This document shows, piece by piece, positions 23,830-37,167 of a stretch of DNA of 64,000 nucleotides; within the stretch, counting starts at the first letter, position 1; the number at the start of each line of letters is the position of its first letter. A model generated the notes under the pieces. That model saw only the letters and a program-made list of their open reading frames with translations. It had not been told where the DNA came from and did not search any database. This DNA comes from Eledone cirrhosa (Eukaryota). Location of the stretch: positions 39,060,001 through 39,124,000 of the forward strand of contig OZ024742.1 of NCBI GenBank assembly GCA_964016885.1, read 5' to 3'. The position numbers were made by a program, and so were the translations under genes.

Positions 23830-24795
23830 GAAGTAAGTCCTACGCAATCTGTGTTTGCATGCAGTTACCAGTTCGTCTTTCTTGTTTAGGAGTTGGTCCG
23901 TCGAAACAGCATTTGTAATGTTTCCTCCGAGCATAAGTTACACGGACGGCGTCTTCCCGTGTAAGAGTTGGCTCTGGATAGTAAGCTCCAAGTGAGATTG
24001 TAGGTTATATTATTATCTTTGAGATCCCAGATGTGGCCCGAAAGTGTAGTGGCGTGACGCCGGGTCGGGTTTCAGAAAGTATGTCTGTGTTGGTAGAGCC
24101 GGGTCTCGAAGGCACAAGCGGTTAATCCTATATAAGCTTTGTTGGAGGTGTCCGTCCTCACGTTGCACTGGTAGATCACATTACGATCTCTGCATCTGTT
24201 GTCGAGGGGGCAAAGGGATCCATAAGGACAGTTACACCTCCTGGTCGACTCCCCACTGCTATCTAGGTTATTTCTTCCATAGGGGTTGAGTTTTTTGTTG
24301 TTAGAGGAGACGATGTTTTGTTCAAAGTTAGGTGTGGTGCTGTAGGAGAGTTTTATGGAGTTTTTGTTGATTATGTTGTGGTAGCGGTGTTGTAGTGGGA
24401 AGTGTTTTGCGATGAACCTAAAGAAGAATTTCCCGATAGGTGTTATCACCTCGGCGTTGTGGGGGAGGATTGAACCATGTTACATTGCGTGAGCGGCGGT
24501 GTCGTCTGCTGGTTCCGTCAATGGAAGCTGGATAATAGGATATTTCCTCCCGGAAGCCACTCCGCTTGAGGGCCTGGTTGTAATAAGGTGCATGTTCCTC
24601 GAATATCTGCTCATTAGCGGACAAACGAGATATGCGGAGGGAGATGTTTTTAACCAGGTTATTGGTGATGTTTCTAGGATGGTTCGACCGGCGGTGGATG
24701 TAGTGCAGGTTGTCGTTTGGTTTCCTGTATGGGTAGTACAGCTCGTTATCGAGGATAAGGGTAACGTCCAGGAAGTTTACTCGGGTTAGGGACGT
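23830..24795 (-). pseudogene. PLE RT thumb + GIY-YIG endonuclease remnant
   Basis: VNFLDVTL, YRKP, SNHP, RNVTWFNPP, IKLSYS, CNC..CPLDNRC, VIYQC..AYIGLT, RLYQH. Beyond an in-frame TGA it continues TTLSGHIWDLK..CNLCSEE. Frameshift near 24450. Confidence 0.9.
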
Positions 24796-24830
24796 TTGTA
24801 GGTTTATATATATATATATACATATATATA

Positions 24831-25142
24831 CAAGCAAATTACAAACGTAAACATGTAAGTATGTTTTTGAAACAGTGCGCGAGTTTTGAAATTAGAAATT
24901 AGAAATTATAAGCTTTCACCGTATTTTAGACTAAAGAAATTTCTAGCCTGATAGTTGGGTTTATAACCCTCGGAGAAATGGAAAAAGATGAGTGTTGCCG
25001 TACATGGTCTGGATAACCAAAGATGTGGGCTCCCATGTACGGCAACACTCATCTTTTTCCATTTCTCCGAGGGTTATAAGCCCCACTATCAGGCTAGAAA
25101 TTTCTTTAGTCTAAAATACGGTGAAAGCTTATAATTTCTAAT
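24831..25142. mobile_element. Family G fold-back copy (tRNA-like element)
   Basis: Inverted repeat 24898..25007 vs 25033..25142; matches 51896..52100. Confidence 0.8.
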
Positions 25143-25157
25143 ACATACATATATATG

Positions 25158-25240
<83 letters not shown>

Positions 25241-25245
<5 letters not shown>

Positions 25246-25952
25246 TAAGGTAATGAATTCTTTTACAATGGAATCAGCTCGAATGAGGAAAAATATCCCC
25301 TGAGCAGTGTATAAAATAATATGTATGTGATGAAACACAGATACCAACACATCTGTATATATATTGCAAAAGAAAAATTTAGCCAGATTGAAGTATACTA
25401 ATTATTATACTACAGTTTGTCCATATCGATTTAAAATAATAAATCAACGGAGACGAACTGTATTGCCAAAAGGCCGTGATGTTTAGACACATTTAAATTT
25501 CAAAATCAAACCTGTTCCGTAGATAAGTTTAGACTTTAAGATCCAAATATGTTTCGAGTTAAATAAGTGTAGGAATATCATGCCCTGCTCTCCTCAGTAA
25601 ACATCCAGAGACAAATTGATATGCTTCACTTCTAAATAATTTAAAAGACTGCGTGACGCACATGGCTTTACAGTATCTAACTAGTCTCATAACCGTACTG
25701 CTAGAAATAACAGTCGTATATATGAGGCGGCTTGCAGCTCAAATTAGGAGCAGTTAAAATTAATAAGGTAATGAATTCTTTTACAGTGGAATCAGCTCGA
25801 ATGAGGAAAAATATCCCCCGCTGATTTATTATTTTAAATCGATATGGACAAACTGTAGTATAATAATTAGTATACTTCAATCTGGCTAAATTTTCTTTTG
25901 CAATATATATACAGATGTGTTGGTATCTGTGTTTCATCACATACATATTAAT
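25241..25952 (-). mobile_element. Family I element in (TA)n: 518 bp unit with terminal redundancy plus an inverted segment
   Basis: 25241..25300 is repeated at 25759..25818, and 25821..25950 is the reverse complement of 25317..25447. Degenerate CTGAGGA-gag..ctc-GAAAC on the - strand near 25545..25600. Confidence 0.75.
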
Positions 25953-25972
25953 TTATATATATATATATATAT

Positions 25973-26824
25973 ATTCATTTAATTTATTAATTTATTGATA
26001 TTTTATTTGAGTGACCCGAATCTTCCTGGTCGTTCTTTTTCGGCTGCACGGGTGATTTTAGGCATAATCTCTATGTGTTGGTAATTTAACGATGGTTATA
26101 GCTCTGATTTATCCAAATTATTGAGCCCTCTGCCACACATGTCGGATATTGTTTATCGTGACTTCGTGGGCTGATATTCCGATTCTCGATTATTCTACTA
26201 TATTTAGCTCTAGACCTTAGCTATTGACCAGTTAATTTTATTGATTATTTCTTCGTCGATCTTATTGACTGATGAATAGCTCCTGTTTATTTTAACACGT
26301 CTGTTGAGCACTCTGATTCGATATGTGATATTTTGTATTCTTACATAATTTGCACATCACCGAATTCTTTCGCTAATATAGAGGTTATCTCCCTTGCTGA
26401 GTACCATGTGCGTTTTTGGCTATAGGTCCCCTCTTTATTGTCGGACGAAAACCCGTTGAGAAAGCTGTTCCGCGTCCACCCCTTCTCTAGAAGTCTTATA
26501 TATTTTTTATGTGGGCTGATAGTGATTGGATTAAGGAATTGCAGAAACCCAAGAAGCTAGATTTAACACCCTTCTAGCGGGTCCGGGTGAGTTTTTTTTA
26601 CATTCATTTAATTTATTAATTTATTGATATTTTATTTGAGTGACCCGAATCTTCCTGGTCGTTCTTTTTCGGCTGCACGGGTGATTTTAGGCATAATCTC
26701 TATGTGTTGGTAATTTAACGATGGTTATAGCTCTGATTTATCCAAATTATTGAGCCCTCTGCCACACATGTCGGATATTGTTTATCGTGATTTCGTGGGC
26801 TGATATTCCGATTCTCGATTATTC

Positions 26825-26828
<4 letters not shown>
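25973..26828 (+). mobile_element. Family H element: about 627 bp unit with a terminal direct repeat of about 226 bp, in (TA)n
   Basis: 25975..26200 matches 26602..26828; diverged relative at about 54950..55410. Confidence 0.82.
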
Positions 26829-26887
<59 letters not shown>

Positions 26888-26977
26888 GGAAAAATTTGAA
26901 CAGGAACAAAACAGAGAGGCAGTACAACGAATGTTTATTAATTTCACGCTCTGGAGAGTGGGGTGGTGGTGGGGAAC

Positions 26978-27005
26978 GACGTTTCGGGCATAAGCCCTTC
27001 CTCAG
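26978..27005 (-). ncRNA. Minimal Penelope-type hammerhead core in a pLTR-like fragment (about 26886..27085)
   Basis: CTGAGGA-A-GGGC ttat GCCC-GAAA-CG-TC, with AATAAA downstream; stem I is weak. Confidence 0.65.
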
Positions 27006-27092
27006 GTGAGAAGTGTGTGGGAACAGAGTTCAAAGGGTGTGTAGGGGAGTGGTGGAGAGACATATAGCGAAAGGAAACGGTGCGAATGAAAT

Positions 27093-27360
27093 TAAAAATA
27101 AAAATAAAAATAAAAATAAAAATAAAAATAAAAATAAAAATAAAAATAAAAATAAAAATAAAAATAAAAATAAAAATAAAAATAAAAATAAAAATAAAAA
27201 TAAAAATAAAAATAAAAATAAAAATAAAAATAAAAATAAAAATAAAAATAAAAATAAAAATAAAAATAAAAATAAAAATAAAAATAAAAATAAAAATAAA
27301 AATAAAAATAAAAATAAAAATAAAAATAAAAATAAAAATAAAAATAAAAATAAAAATAAA
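27093..27360. repeat. Pure (AAAAAT)n hexanucleotide repeat
   Basis: Direct reading. Confidence 0.97.
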
Positions 27361-27399
27361 GCATGATCAAAATACAAGGAATGAAATATATATATATAC

Positions 27400-27456
<57 letters not shown>

Positions 27457-27461
<5 letters not shown>

Positions 27462-27994
27462 GGAAAAAATGAAACGAAATTTCATTTCCCACTCTTAGTA
27501 CGGCGGTTACTTAAATATAAGTATGTACACGTACATACATATATGTATACAGACGCACAGTAGTATGTATATATATATACATACATGCACACATATATAT
27601 ATGTACGTATGGATTCACCGAACATTTATTATAATGCTCGGTGTGTTTGTAAACAAACATCCCGTATTAAGCCGTAGTGTCTAGCAACCATCGTTGCTCG
27701 TTTGTTCAACACTGACAAAGGAACGCTGTACTAGTTTCAAGCTTATTAGCTATCGTCAGCAACGTATACCTTCCTGCCAGATTGTTGAAAGTATATACTT
27801 ACCTTATGCATATTAACGGCTGTGTAGCCCAATTTGCATATCGAGTGGGTAAATCGGCCGGGTGCACCGAAAACGATAAACGGAAAAAATGAAACGAAAT
27901 TTCATTTCCCACTCTTAGTACGGCTGTTACTTAAATATAAGTATGTACACGTACATACATATATGTATACAGACGCACAGTAGTATGTATATAT

Positions 27995-28000
<6 letters not shown>
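27457..28000 (-). mobile_element. Family J retrozyme-like element: 420 bp unit with a terminal direct repeat of about 120 bp, in (TA)n
   Basis: 27457..27578 matches 27877..27997; contains an internal hammerhead. Confidence 0.8.
27723..27765 (-). ncRNA. Type I hammerhead ribozyme (family J)
   Basis: acgttg-CTGACGA-t agct aata agct t-GAAA-CTAG-TA-cagcgt; palindromic stem III; cleavage triplet GUA. Confidence 0.8.
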
Positions 28001-28049
<49 letters not shown>

Positions 28050-28096
28050 AAGGAAAAGCGAAGTAGTTTCAGATGTTCAAGTCCTTTAATAATAAT

Positions 28097-28164
28097 GCTG
28101 TGATATATATTTCAGTGACGACACTGGCCACACTGTTCTGTGTGTCGTGTCATCATCAGACAGC
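28097..28164 (-). ncRNA. Type I hammerhead ribozyme in a short (TA)n-flanked element (28045..28200)
   Basis: gctgt-CTGATGA-tgac acgacac..gtgtcgt cact-GAAA-TATATA-TC-acagc. Confidence 0.75.
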
Positions 28165-28200
28165 TTGTTACATAATAAGGTTATGTTTCCGAGGCAATCC

Positions 28201-28244
<44 letters not shown>

Positions 28245-28254
<10 letters not shown>

Positions 28255-29431
28255 GAGGATGTCTGTCTGTGTGTCTGTTTCCCTAAAACTCGAGAAGTAA
28301 CCAACCCTTTTTTTTTCAAACTTTACACATGTAACCCGTATGGCCCCGGAAATGTTTTGGGCAAAAGAAAATTTAAAATTATTCTGACCTAGGCGATTTA
28401 GCGATCTCTTTCTCTTTCTCTTAGTCTTGTCTTTTTAGATAGATACATAGATATGACGTCGCGCCTTCATAATATCTGTCTGTATGCCTGGCTGTCTGCA
28501 TTATGATATTATGACGCGATCAGTGTGTATATATAGTGTGTGCGTGTGTGTATATATATATTCTTATGTCAGGGAGCGTCTTCACGAACCAAAGTATCGT
28601 CTTCCTGTTTTCCTTCGGTTGCAACGTTTTTCGAAATATTTACATCTGCGTTCACAGATTGATTTTTTTAGTTTCAGAAGATCCCGTTAAGGTTGAAAGC
28701 AGCGATTTTTTGCTTAAACATTAATATATTATTTTAATATAGATATTCGTGTACAGATATTTTTGCATACACAAAAACAAAATGTAAACAAACAAGGCTG
28801 GCGATTACATAATCACATGCATCACTGACAGATATTTTTGCATACACAAAAACAAAATATAAACAAACAAGGCCAACGATTACATCAATTAGTCTTAATG
28901 TACTTCATACTGCTTTTAGGTAGAAGATTCCGTTAAGTGTGAAAGCAGCGATTCATTTTCTGCGCTCACAGAAGATCCCGTTAAGTGTGAAAGCAGTGAT
29001 TCTTTGCTTAAACTTTAATCTGTTATTTTAATATATATATATATATATAATGTGAAGGCGTGTGGCTGAGTGGTTAGAGAATTGGATTCACAATCGTAAG
29101 GTTGTGAGTTCGATTCCTGGACCAGGCGATGCGTTATGTCCTTGAGCAAGACACTTTATTTCACGTTGCTCCTTCTACCTGGAGTTGCGACCGATAGATA
29201 GTATTAGCAATTGGAAAGACCAACGGAAACATTGTTCCCTCGGTCCGATTTGACGAAAGTCGATCGTTCCTATATATATAATTATATATTCGTGTACAGA
29301 TATTTTTGCATACGCAATAACAAAATATAAACAAACGTATTTATTTCACGAGGCTCGATAAGGATAAATATATATCAAATATATAAGAACCCTAGGGCAA
29401 ATCCCGAGCAACGCCGGGCCATTCTGCTAGT
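28245..29431 (+). mobile_element. Non-autonomous Helitron-like element with internal duplications and a nested SINE fragment
   Basis: 5' ataaaacagaggatgtctgtctgtgtgtctg. 3' hairpin cccgagcaacgccggg followed by CTAG-T at 29427..29431. Confidence 0.7.
29054..29172 (+). mobile_element. tRNA-derived CORE-like SINE family 2, partial (others: + 42731..43099, 49255..49420; - about 43600..43745)
   Basis: A-box tggctgagtgg, B-box gagttcgattcc, CORE-like tccttgagcaagacacttta. Confidence 0.8.
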
Positions 29432-29711
29432 ATATATATATATATTCAGAAACATATTGCAATGATTACATGACATTGTAGTATATACGTCATCAGAATA
29501 CATCAAACAAACAACGTAGCAACAAATATAATTTTATTAAGAATGAACTAATGTCAGTTTACACGGCAGTTTCTCTTGTATGCTTACATATCAGACCCCG
29601 TAGACATACAGGAGGAACTCCAGTGTAACAGGACACTGACTTGACCTAAATAAAACTATTAAGCTGTACTATGGTATTGAATACTTATTCTCGTGACCGA
29701 CAATTTTAAAC

Positions 29712-29758
<47 letters not shown>

Positions 29759-29913
29759 AAAAAGTATGACCCCGGCGGCAGAGCTCAAGCCGTTTCGACG
29801 GCTTGAGCCCTGCCGTCGGGGTCATACCTTTTCCTATTTCCCACTCTACTACCCTAAGTATTGAGTACTCTGGTGCGTTATGGTCCATCTGGTTCATTAC
29901 CACAATTTCTTTG

Positions 29914-29956
<43 letters not shown>

Positions 29957-29961
<5 letters not shown>

Positions 29962-30758
29962 GGATATTTAGTAAAATCGAATCTCTCGCGGTTTGCAAGC
30001 AAATTCGGCCTACTATATGAAATAATGAGTTAGCAAAGCACTCGATAAGGTAGGCCCTTAGAGTAATAACATACGTTTAAATAGCTTGACAAATCGAACA
30101 TTGTGGTAGGCAAAATCTAACACATAATAATATACCAAAGTAACGATAGAACCAACAGGTTGAAAAAAATACACCTGGACAAATCAAACGATTATACGTT
30201 TAAAGTGTTTCTTTGAATCCGAAATCAAATATCAGACTTACGTGACTGGCAAGCTCGTGGTATTCATGATCGAACAGAGGATTCAGTTCTTCAACAGGTT
30301 TTCGTTCTACCAAGGACGGGGTGGTAGGCTAAATGTTGCCGCTATGTTGCAGCGTATCGTATCTATAGCTGTCACGTGTTAATTCCAGCAAGGGAAATAA
30401 CCCCCAGTTTTTGGCAGGTCATTCAAAATGTTAGACAAAGGAAATATTTTAATTTCCGCTAATCATCAGAATAAGCTCTCGACCAGATGTTATAAAACAA
30501 ACACAAATAATTAACCAATCAACAGAATTGTCTAATTAAATTAATTAGTTAATTATTAAATCTAGGAGAATAATATAATTGGATATTTAGTAAAATCGAA
30601 TCTCTGGCGGTTTGCAAGCAAATTCGGCCTACTTATAAGAAATGATGAGTTAGCAAAGCACTCGATAAGGTAGGTCCTTAGAGTAATAACATACGTTTAA
30701 ATAGTTTGACAAATCGAACATTGTGGTAGGCAAAATCTAACACACAATAATATACCAA
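29957..30758 (-). mobile_element. Family K element: 620 bp unit with a terminal direct repeat of about 180 bp, in (TA)n
   Basis: 29957..30138 matches 30577..30758. Confidence 0.8.
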
Positions 30759-30869
30759 TATATATATATAAGCAAAGAGTTATTTAATTTGTTGGTTATT
30801 CAACAAATTTAATTATAACAGATTCGAAGCACTCTACAAAATTCTTCTGGAGTATAATATCAATGATAT

Positions 30870-31334
30870 TAATAAATGGAGACTATCTTTATAAAACCAT
30901 ATTTATTTTATTATATATATTTCAAGGGTACCAACATTTTGGTACGCCCTCATCAGATAAAATACAAAAGTTGTTTTATAAATAGTGACATATCCAAAAA
31001 ACAAGAACTTATCGTTTGACTATTCAAACAGAACTTAAAACGATAAGTTCTTGTTTTTTGGATATGTCACTATTTATAAAACAACTTTTGTATTTTATCT
31101 AATGAGAGCGTACCAAAATTTTGGTATCCCTGTAATATATATAATAAAATAAATATGGTTTTATAAAGATAGTTTCCATTTATTAACATGGACGGCTGTA
31201 CAAAAAGGATTTTATTTGCAGTAATAACAATTGTTTCATTGATCAGGTGGGTTTAAAGGCCGTACGTTAAAACTATCCATAGTACAGAGTACTCACAACC
31301 TGTAGCTGGATTACCTTAAACGATACCTTGTTAT

Positions 31335-31337
<3 letters not shown>
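30870..31337 (+). mobile_element. Family D fold-back element
   Basis: Inverted repeat of about 145 bp (30870..31017 vs 31038..31186), then a tail into (TA)n. Confidence 0.78.
30904..30964 (-). ncRNA. Type I hammerhead ribozyme (family D)
   Basis: tattttat-CTGATGA-gggcgtacc aaaatgtt ggtaccctt-GAAA-TATATA-TA-ataaaata. The mirror copy at about 31091..31151 has core mutations (CTAATGA, GTAA). Confidence 0.8.
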
Positions 31338-31418
<81 letters not shown>

Positions 31419-31833
31419 ATTATATATATATAATAAACAACACAATATAATTATTCCATTAAAGTTCGCAAAACCGTGGGTAATGGAATAATTATATTGT
31501 ATTGCTTACTACATAATCAAATACCTCTGTACTATACATAAAGCACTCTTTTTTCCTTTACCTTTTCTACGGAAATAGTTAACACACACACACGCATGCC
31601 CCCCCCCCCCCACACATATATATGTATATATATATATCTCATAAAGTGAAACGACAGGAGGCCAAGTATGTTGGATTTCCTTAATTATCTATTTCTGCAA
31701 ACACTGCACATTTCAGTGGCCAGGTTACGTAAGAACCCGGTGACATCTTCAGGTGTAAATTGCGTAATAGATGCATACCAACGGAATGGTGGTAAACGTA
31801 TATATATATGTGTGTGTGTATATATATATATAT

Positions 31834-31989
<156 letters not shown>

Positions 31990-32564
31990 CATAGCATAGG
32001 TCATAGAGAAAGTTTATATGCTAGAGCAAACTTTGAAACCTTAGGTAGCAAGCAATTTGCTCTGTACTTATATAGAGTCCTCCTTTCCCTTTATCTATTC
32101 TACTGAAGCCATTGACACTACCCCCCCCCCAATACACACAGACACACACATATATATACTACCACAGATATCTATATATCTATTAATTCCCTTCTGTTTA
32201 TACATATGCACAAACATAAGCATTCGCACCCTCACAAACATTAAAAAAAAAAAATAATAAAACAAACACTGACAAATGATTTATAGAACTGAAAGTCAAG
32301 AGGACATTTTGTAGAGGATGGAAGAAAAAAATCTGATGGTAATATGGGCTGGGAGTGTTGTGGATGGCTGGAGGTGGAAGGAAAGACTGTATTGAGAGGC
32401 AGAGACAGAATTACATCTAAAGCTATTTCAGATGTCTTGGCAGCTTAAAAATTCGTACAGATGGGTCATGCCAATGAAGAGTTATGTTATTAATAATATA
32501 CAGTGGAGACTATCCAGAAACTTTATGGCATTATATATTCCAATGTAGAGACTATCAGTTATAT

Positions 32565-32628
<64 letters not shown>

Positions 32629-32667
32629 GTGGGAGAGAAAGAGAGAGGTGGGGTAGGGAGAGAGAAC

Positions 32668-32708
<41 letters not shown>

Positions 32709-33044
32709 TGGGAGAGAAAGAGAGTGTGTGGAGCTATTATGAAACTGGTCTTTTACAAAAACTACCAAGTATGGAGGTGCAACCATAACGATGTTCTTCC
32801 AATCCATGGAGGCTACGAAAATATTCAACATCAGAAACATTACCTGTCCGAGAGAGTGAGGACTTAAATAGTGTTCATTGAAAACTACCAATACTGGAGA
32901 TGTAAAATATTGTGAAGGATCAACCTACCAGAAATGAAGTCTTCCAGTTTCATGGAGGCTACGAAAAAGTTCAACAACAGAAACAATTAACTGCTCTGTA
33001 TCTGTCCGTGTTTTCATCTTTGTTTTCTTAATTTCAGCATTCAG

Positions 33045-33547
33045 TAATTAGAAGAAGAGTGGTTGGTGTAAAAGCTAAACTCGCTATCTTCATTTCGATG
33101 TTCGCGCCAACCCTTACCTAGGGTCATGAATCTTGGGTAATGGCCGAAAGAATACGATCGCAAATACAAACGGCCAAAATGGGGTTCATCTGAAGGGTCT
33201 CTGGTGTAACGTTACTTGATAGAGTCTGTAGCTCGGAGATCAGAGAGTCACTCCAAGTAGAGCCGCTACTTCTCCGAATTGAGAGATCACAGCTCCTGTA
33301 CTATGGGCATGTGGTTAGAATGTCTCAGGAAAGAATCGGTGGGCAGATTTTACGTGCAGAATCAACTGGCAGGAGACCCAGGGGTAGACCCCTAGAAAGA
33401 TGTTTAGATAGCCTGCTTGGGGATCCAGCCGGATCAGCTGGAAACGGTTGGTTCTGACAGGACCCGCTGGAAGGAGTGTTTGAGGACTCTGCCCCCCCCC
33501 CCCCCCCCCCCCCGCACGACTCTGTCAGGAATAAGTGGGCGAAGAAG
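33045..33547 (+). mobile_element. Decayed 3' fragment of an RTE-clade (Rex3/Expander-like) LINE
   Basis: Translates to KAKLAIF..PTLT*GHESWVM..LLDRVCSSEIRESLQVEPLLLRIERSQL..GHVVRM..GRRPRGRP, with stops. Confidence 0.85.
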
Positions 33548-33581
33548 TTTTCTTAATTTTGCTTATTGTTCGTTCTTCCCC

Positions 33582-33661
<80 letters not shown>

Positions 33662-33993
33662 TTGCTTTTGTTTCTTATTTATAAAAGGTATTCGATATCC
33701 TTCTCTGTCATGGCTTACCAGCGCTACATACACGATTAAATTGATTAAATAAACTAACGAATAAATAATAGATAAATAATTAAATAAATATGGCACGGTA
33801 CCTAGATTAAGAAACATAATAAAAAGTCGAAACAGCAGCGATATTATGGGACGTTTATCTTACTTTGAAGGACAGAGTGATACGATAAGACTTAGAACGA
33901 GAAGGTGAAGAAAGAAGGAGGAGGGTATGTGAAGAGAGGGAGGAAGGGTAGGGGGTAATTAAGGACACATCATGGGGCTATATTTATATATAT

Positions 33994-34024
<31 letters not shown>

Positions 34025-34271
34025 GTGAATGTATATATATATATATATATAATATATATAAAAGAAAAATTGATATCGTATGACGATGTCACACGGTTTT
34101 GTTGCTTGTTGGTGGCTGTTTCTAATTTGTGATTTGATGTGTGCATGCATGTATATATATATGTATACACACATATGTAGGTGTGTATGTATGTACACAC
34201 ACACACACACATATATATTAGACACCCTATATATTTCCAGGGGTACTTAGTACCTGTGGGCATATTAACTT

Positions 34272-34317
<46 letters not shown>

Positions 34318-34582
34318 TATATATATATACTTTAATATAGAAATGACTTCTACAGGTCTAGAACTGTTTCATTCGATGGTTTCCTAGTCATGTAGAAGCC
34401 ATTTCTATCTAAAAAAAAATTATACTCTGCTATGTATTGAGTACGTTACTTATTGTGCTCACCCCCGTTTGAACATACACAGACACACACAGACACACAC
34501 ATACACACATATATATATGTATGTATATGTGTGTATATATTCTATATATAATATACAAAAACATACATCTATACAAACATAC

Positions 34583-34701
<119 letters not shown>

Positions 34702-35088
34702 AAATGTATGCATCCAAACACCCATACGTATGCATACACCCAAACTCACACTTACACTCACACTTACACACACTCATTCGTCTGTACTTGAGAAGATATT
34801 ACACAAGACGTAGGTAGATAACATGGTCGTATATATCAAATTAAGTAGTTATTCGTTATATATTATATTGTTTTAACAAATCATTATATATATATATATA
34901 TATAAATGTAATCTGAGTTTTTCGATTCTGATAATATTCGATTCGTTTGCAATTATGCAAACAAGTCTCTTTTAAGCCATGTCAGTAGAAAAGTGGGAAG
35001 GGACAGAGTTACGAGGGTGTGAGGGGGAGTGGTGTGTGTGTATATATATATATATATACACCACTCCCCCTCACACCCTCGCACCCCT

Positions 35089-35187
<99 letters not shown>

Positions 35188-36537
35188 AGTTGTAGAGGTG
35201 CCGTCGTAACATTTAAGCTTGGCTAAGTTATCCCTCTCCAAGTATGAACACCACTGATTTCACCTAGATAAGGAGAGACTGCAGGAGATGGAGAGAGAAT
35301 GAGAGAGAGAAGAGATTTGTGTGTGTTAGAAAGAAATATAGAGGAACAATCGAACAAAGTATTTGACTGTCAGTTTATTTATCCATCTTGAAAGGATTAA
35401 AAGAACAGTTGACCTCGATGGGGTTTTATCTCTGAGCGTAGAGTGTCCTAACAAATAGCACAAAGCACTGTATTCGCCGACCTAACGCCTACCACACCGA
35501 CAGGGGTTGCATAACTTCAGTGGCTATACAGGACATTACAATTATCCAATATGGCCATTGTATATCTCTGCACAGGTTTTGTATAAACGATAGAGCATAT
35601 TTTGTTGTTATGTCTAGGGTGTGCCGGATATGCATGCAGGCTGTCGCCATACAAGGTGGAGATGACTTTCACTTCCGGTTGCTTGTCTGTTCATGGCAGG
35701 AGATTCTAAACTTTAATTAACTGTTTATACCAGTGTAAACTTTGTTCTCAATGCGAGATTTTCTATCTAATAATATTGTTCTTGATGTTTTGTTCCTGCC
35801 ATTACAATTCCAAACCATTTTCCGTCATAGTTCTATGTTAGTAAAGATCGGCAATATATTAAATTGACTGTGGTTAACCGAACTACTGAATGCTCATCGT
35901 CGAAAGTGACGGAACATCTATAATAAACCTTTAGATAACCATAAATTCTACGTAATCTCATAACTAATCTATTTTTTCCTATCATATTTTCGAGCAGGTA
36001 CTCAATATTTTAAAGAAAGTGGACTACAGTATACTATTTTGTCGTACTGCTTTTAAATCTGGTTTTTAAATCAGGCCGAGAATTTAATTCTGTAAATCTA
36101 AGTCCAAGAATATATTGGCACCGTCAATTCAATTAACTATACTCATTCATTTCAGGAATTGTTCTTCAAATGGGAGCTCTTTCTTTCTGTCTTTCATCCA
36201 TTTCTCTTTTTCTTTCTCCCCCTCTCTCTCACACACTTTCTCCCTCTCCTTTCTATACACATACACCATGTTTCTCTCACCAACACACACATACACACTC
36301 ACACGCATACACTCTTTCTCTTTTTCTTTGACACACACATACACTCCTTCATACGCACACAAACACACATTTTCTCTCTCTCTAGCTCCTATACATACAT
36401 ACATACATACATTCATAAATACATAAATACATACATACAAGAGATTAGGAATGAGATTATGTGTTAATCTCGTTATTCCAAAGACTATTAGCTGTGTAAC
36501 CGAACGTAAATTGACGAAATATGTTTATTACCCTGGT

Positions 36538-36583
<46 letters not shown>

Positions 36584-36741
36584 GGGGGGGGCGTGTGTGA
36601 GTGTATGTGTGTGTCTGTGTGTCTGTGTGTATGTATATATAATATTAGGTGTTGTTTTCTCAAAGAAACACCAAAAATCAGTCCGGGGCAATACAATAAA
36701 TCGTAACAAAAGAAGTAAACTTTATTTTTGTTCAACATCTA

Positions 36742-36800
36742 GCTGTCTGACGTGGTCATAACCGTTGCATAATGGTTATCACCGAAATATATATAACAGT
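36742..36800 (+). ncRNA. Type I hammerhead ribozyme, variant or degenerate core
   Basis: gctgt-CTGACGT-ggt c ataaccgtt gcat aatggttat c acc-GAAA-TATATA-TA-acagt. A9 is replaced by T; stems I and III match those of 28097..28164. Confidence 0.65.
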
Positions 36801-36838
36801 GATTATGAATAAACAAGCCTGTTGACTTGTACTTCATG

Positions 36839-36874
<36 letters not shown>

Positions 36875-36904
36875 TATATCTATATCTATACACACACACA
36901 CACT

Positions 36905-36939
<35 letters not shown>

Positions 36940-36946
36940 ACACACA

Positions 36947-36985
<39 letters not shown>

Positions 36986-37167
36986 ACACACACACACATA
37001 TATATATATTACGCGTAGGTGTGTATCATTTATTAAGATGTTTCGATAAAATATATAAAATATATAAAATATATAAACAAAGAAATAAAACAAAAGAATT
37101 GTTTATTATTTCTCTCTCGTCACTGAAACCTCATAATAAAGATAATAGGGAGTGTTTATAATTGGAG

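Larger units (their letters stand above)
22482..24800 (-). mobile_element. 5'-truncated Penelope-like element (Naiad-like), bounded by (TA)n
   Basis: Coding remnant, then a 3' UTR of about 1.2 kb, a hammerhead-like motif and the family B tail. Confidence 0.85.

Noticed and set aside
24072-24074. In-frame TGA in the PLE ORF as selenocysteine (reported for some Naiads)
   Set aside because: The position (HTF*N) corresponds to a basic residue rather than Cys. CGA-to-TGA decay is simpler, and the ORF is frameshifted elsewhere.
24915-24980. Hammerhead, HDV or twister fold in family G (CTGATAG..GGAGAAA / GGCGAAAGC)
   Set aside because: Core nucleotides do not fit any of these consensuses; kept only as an unexplained structure.
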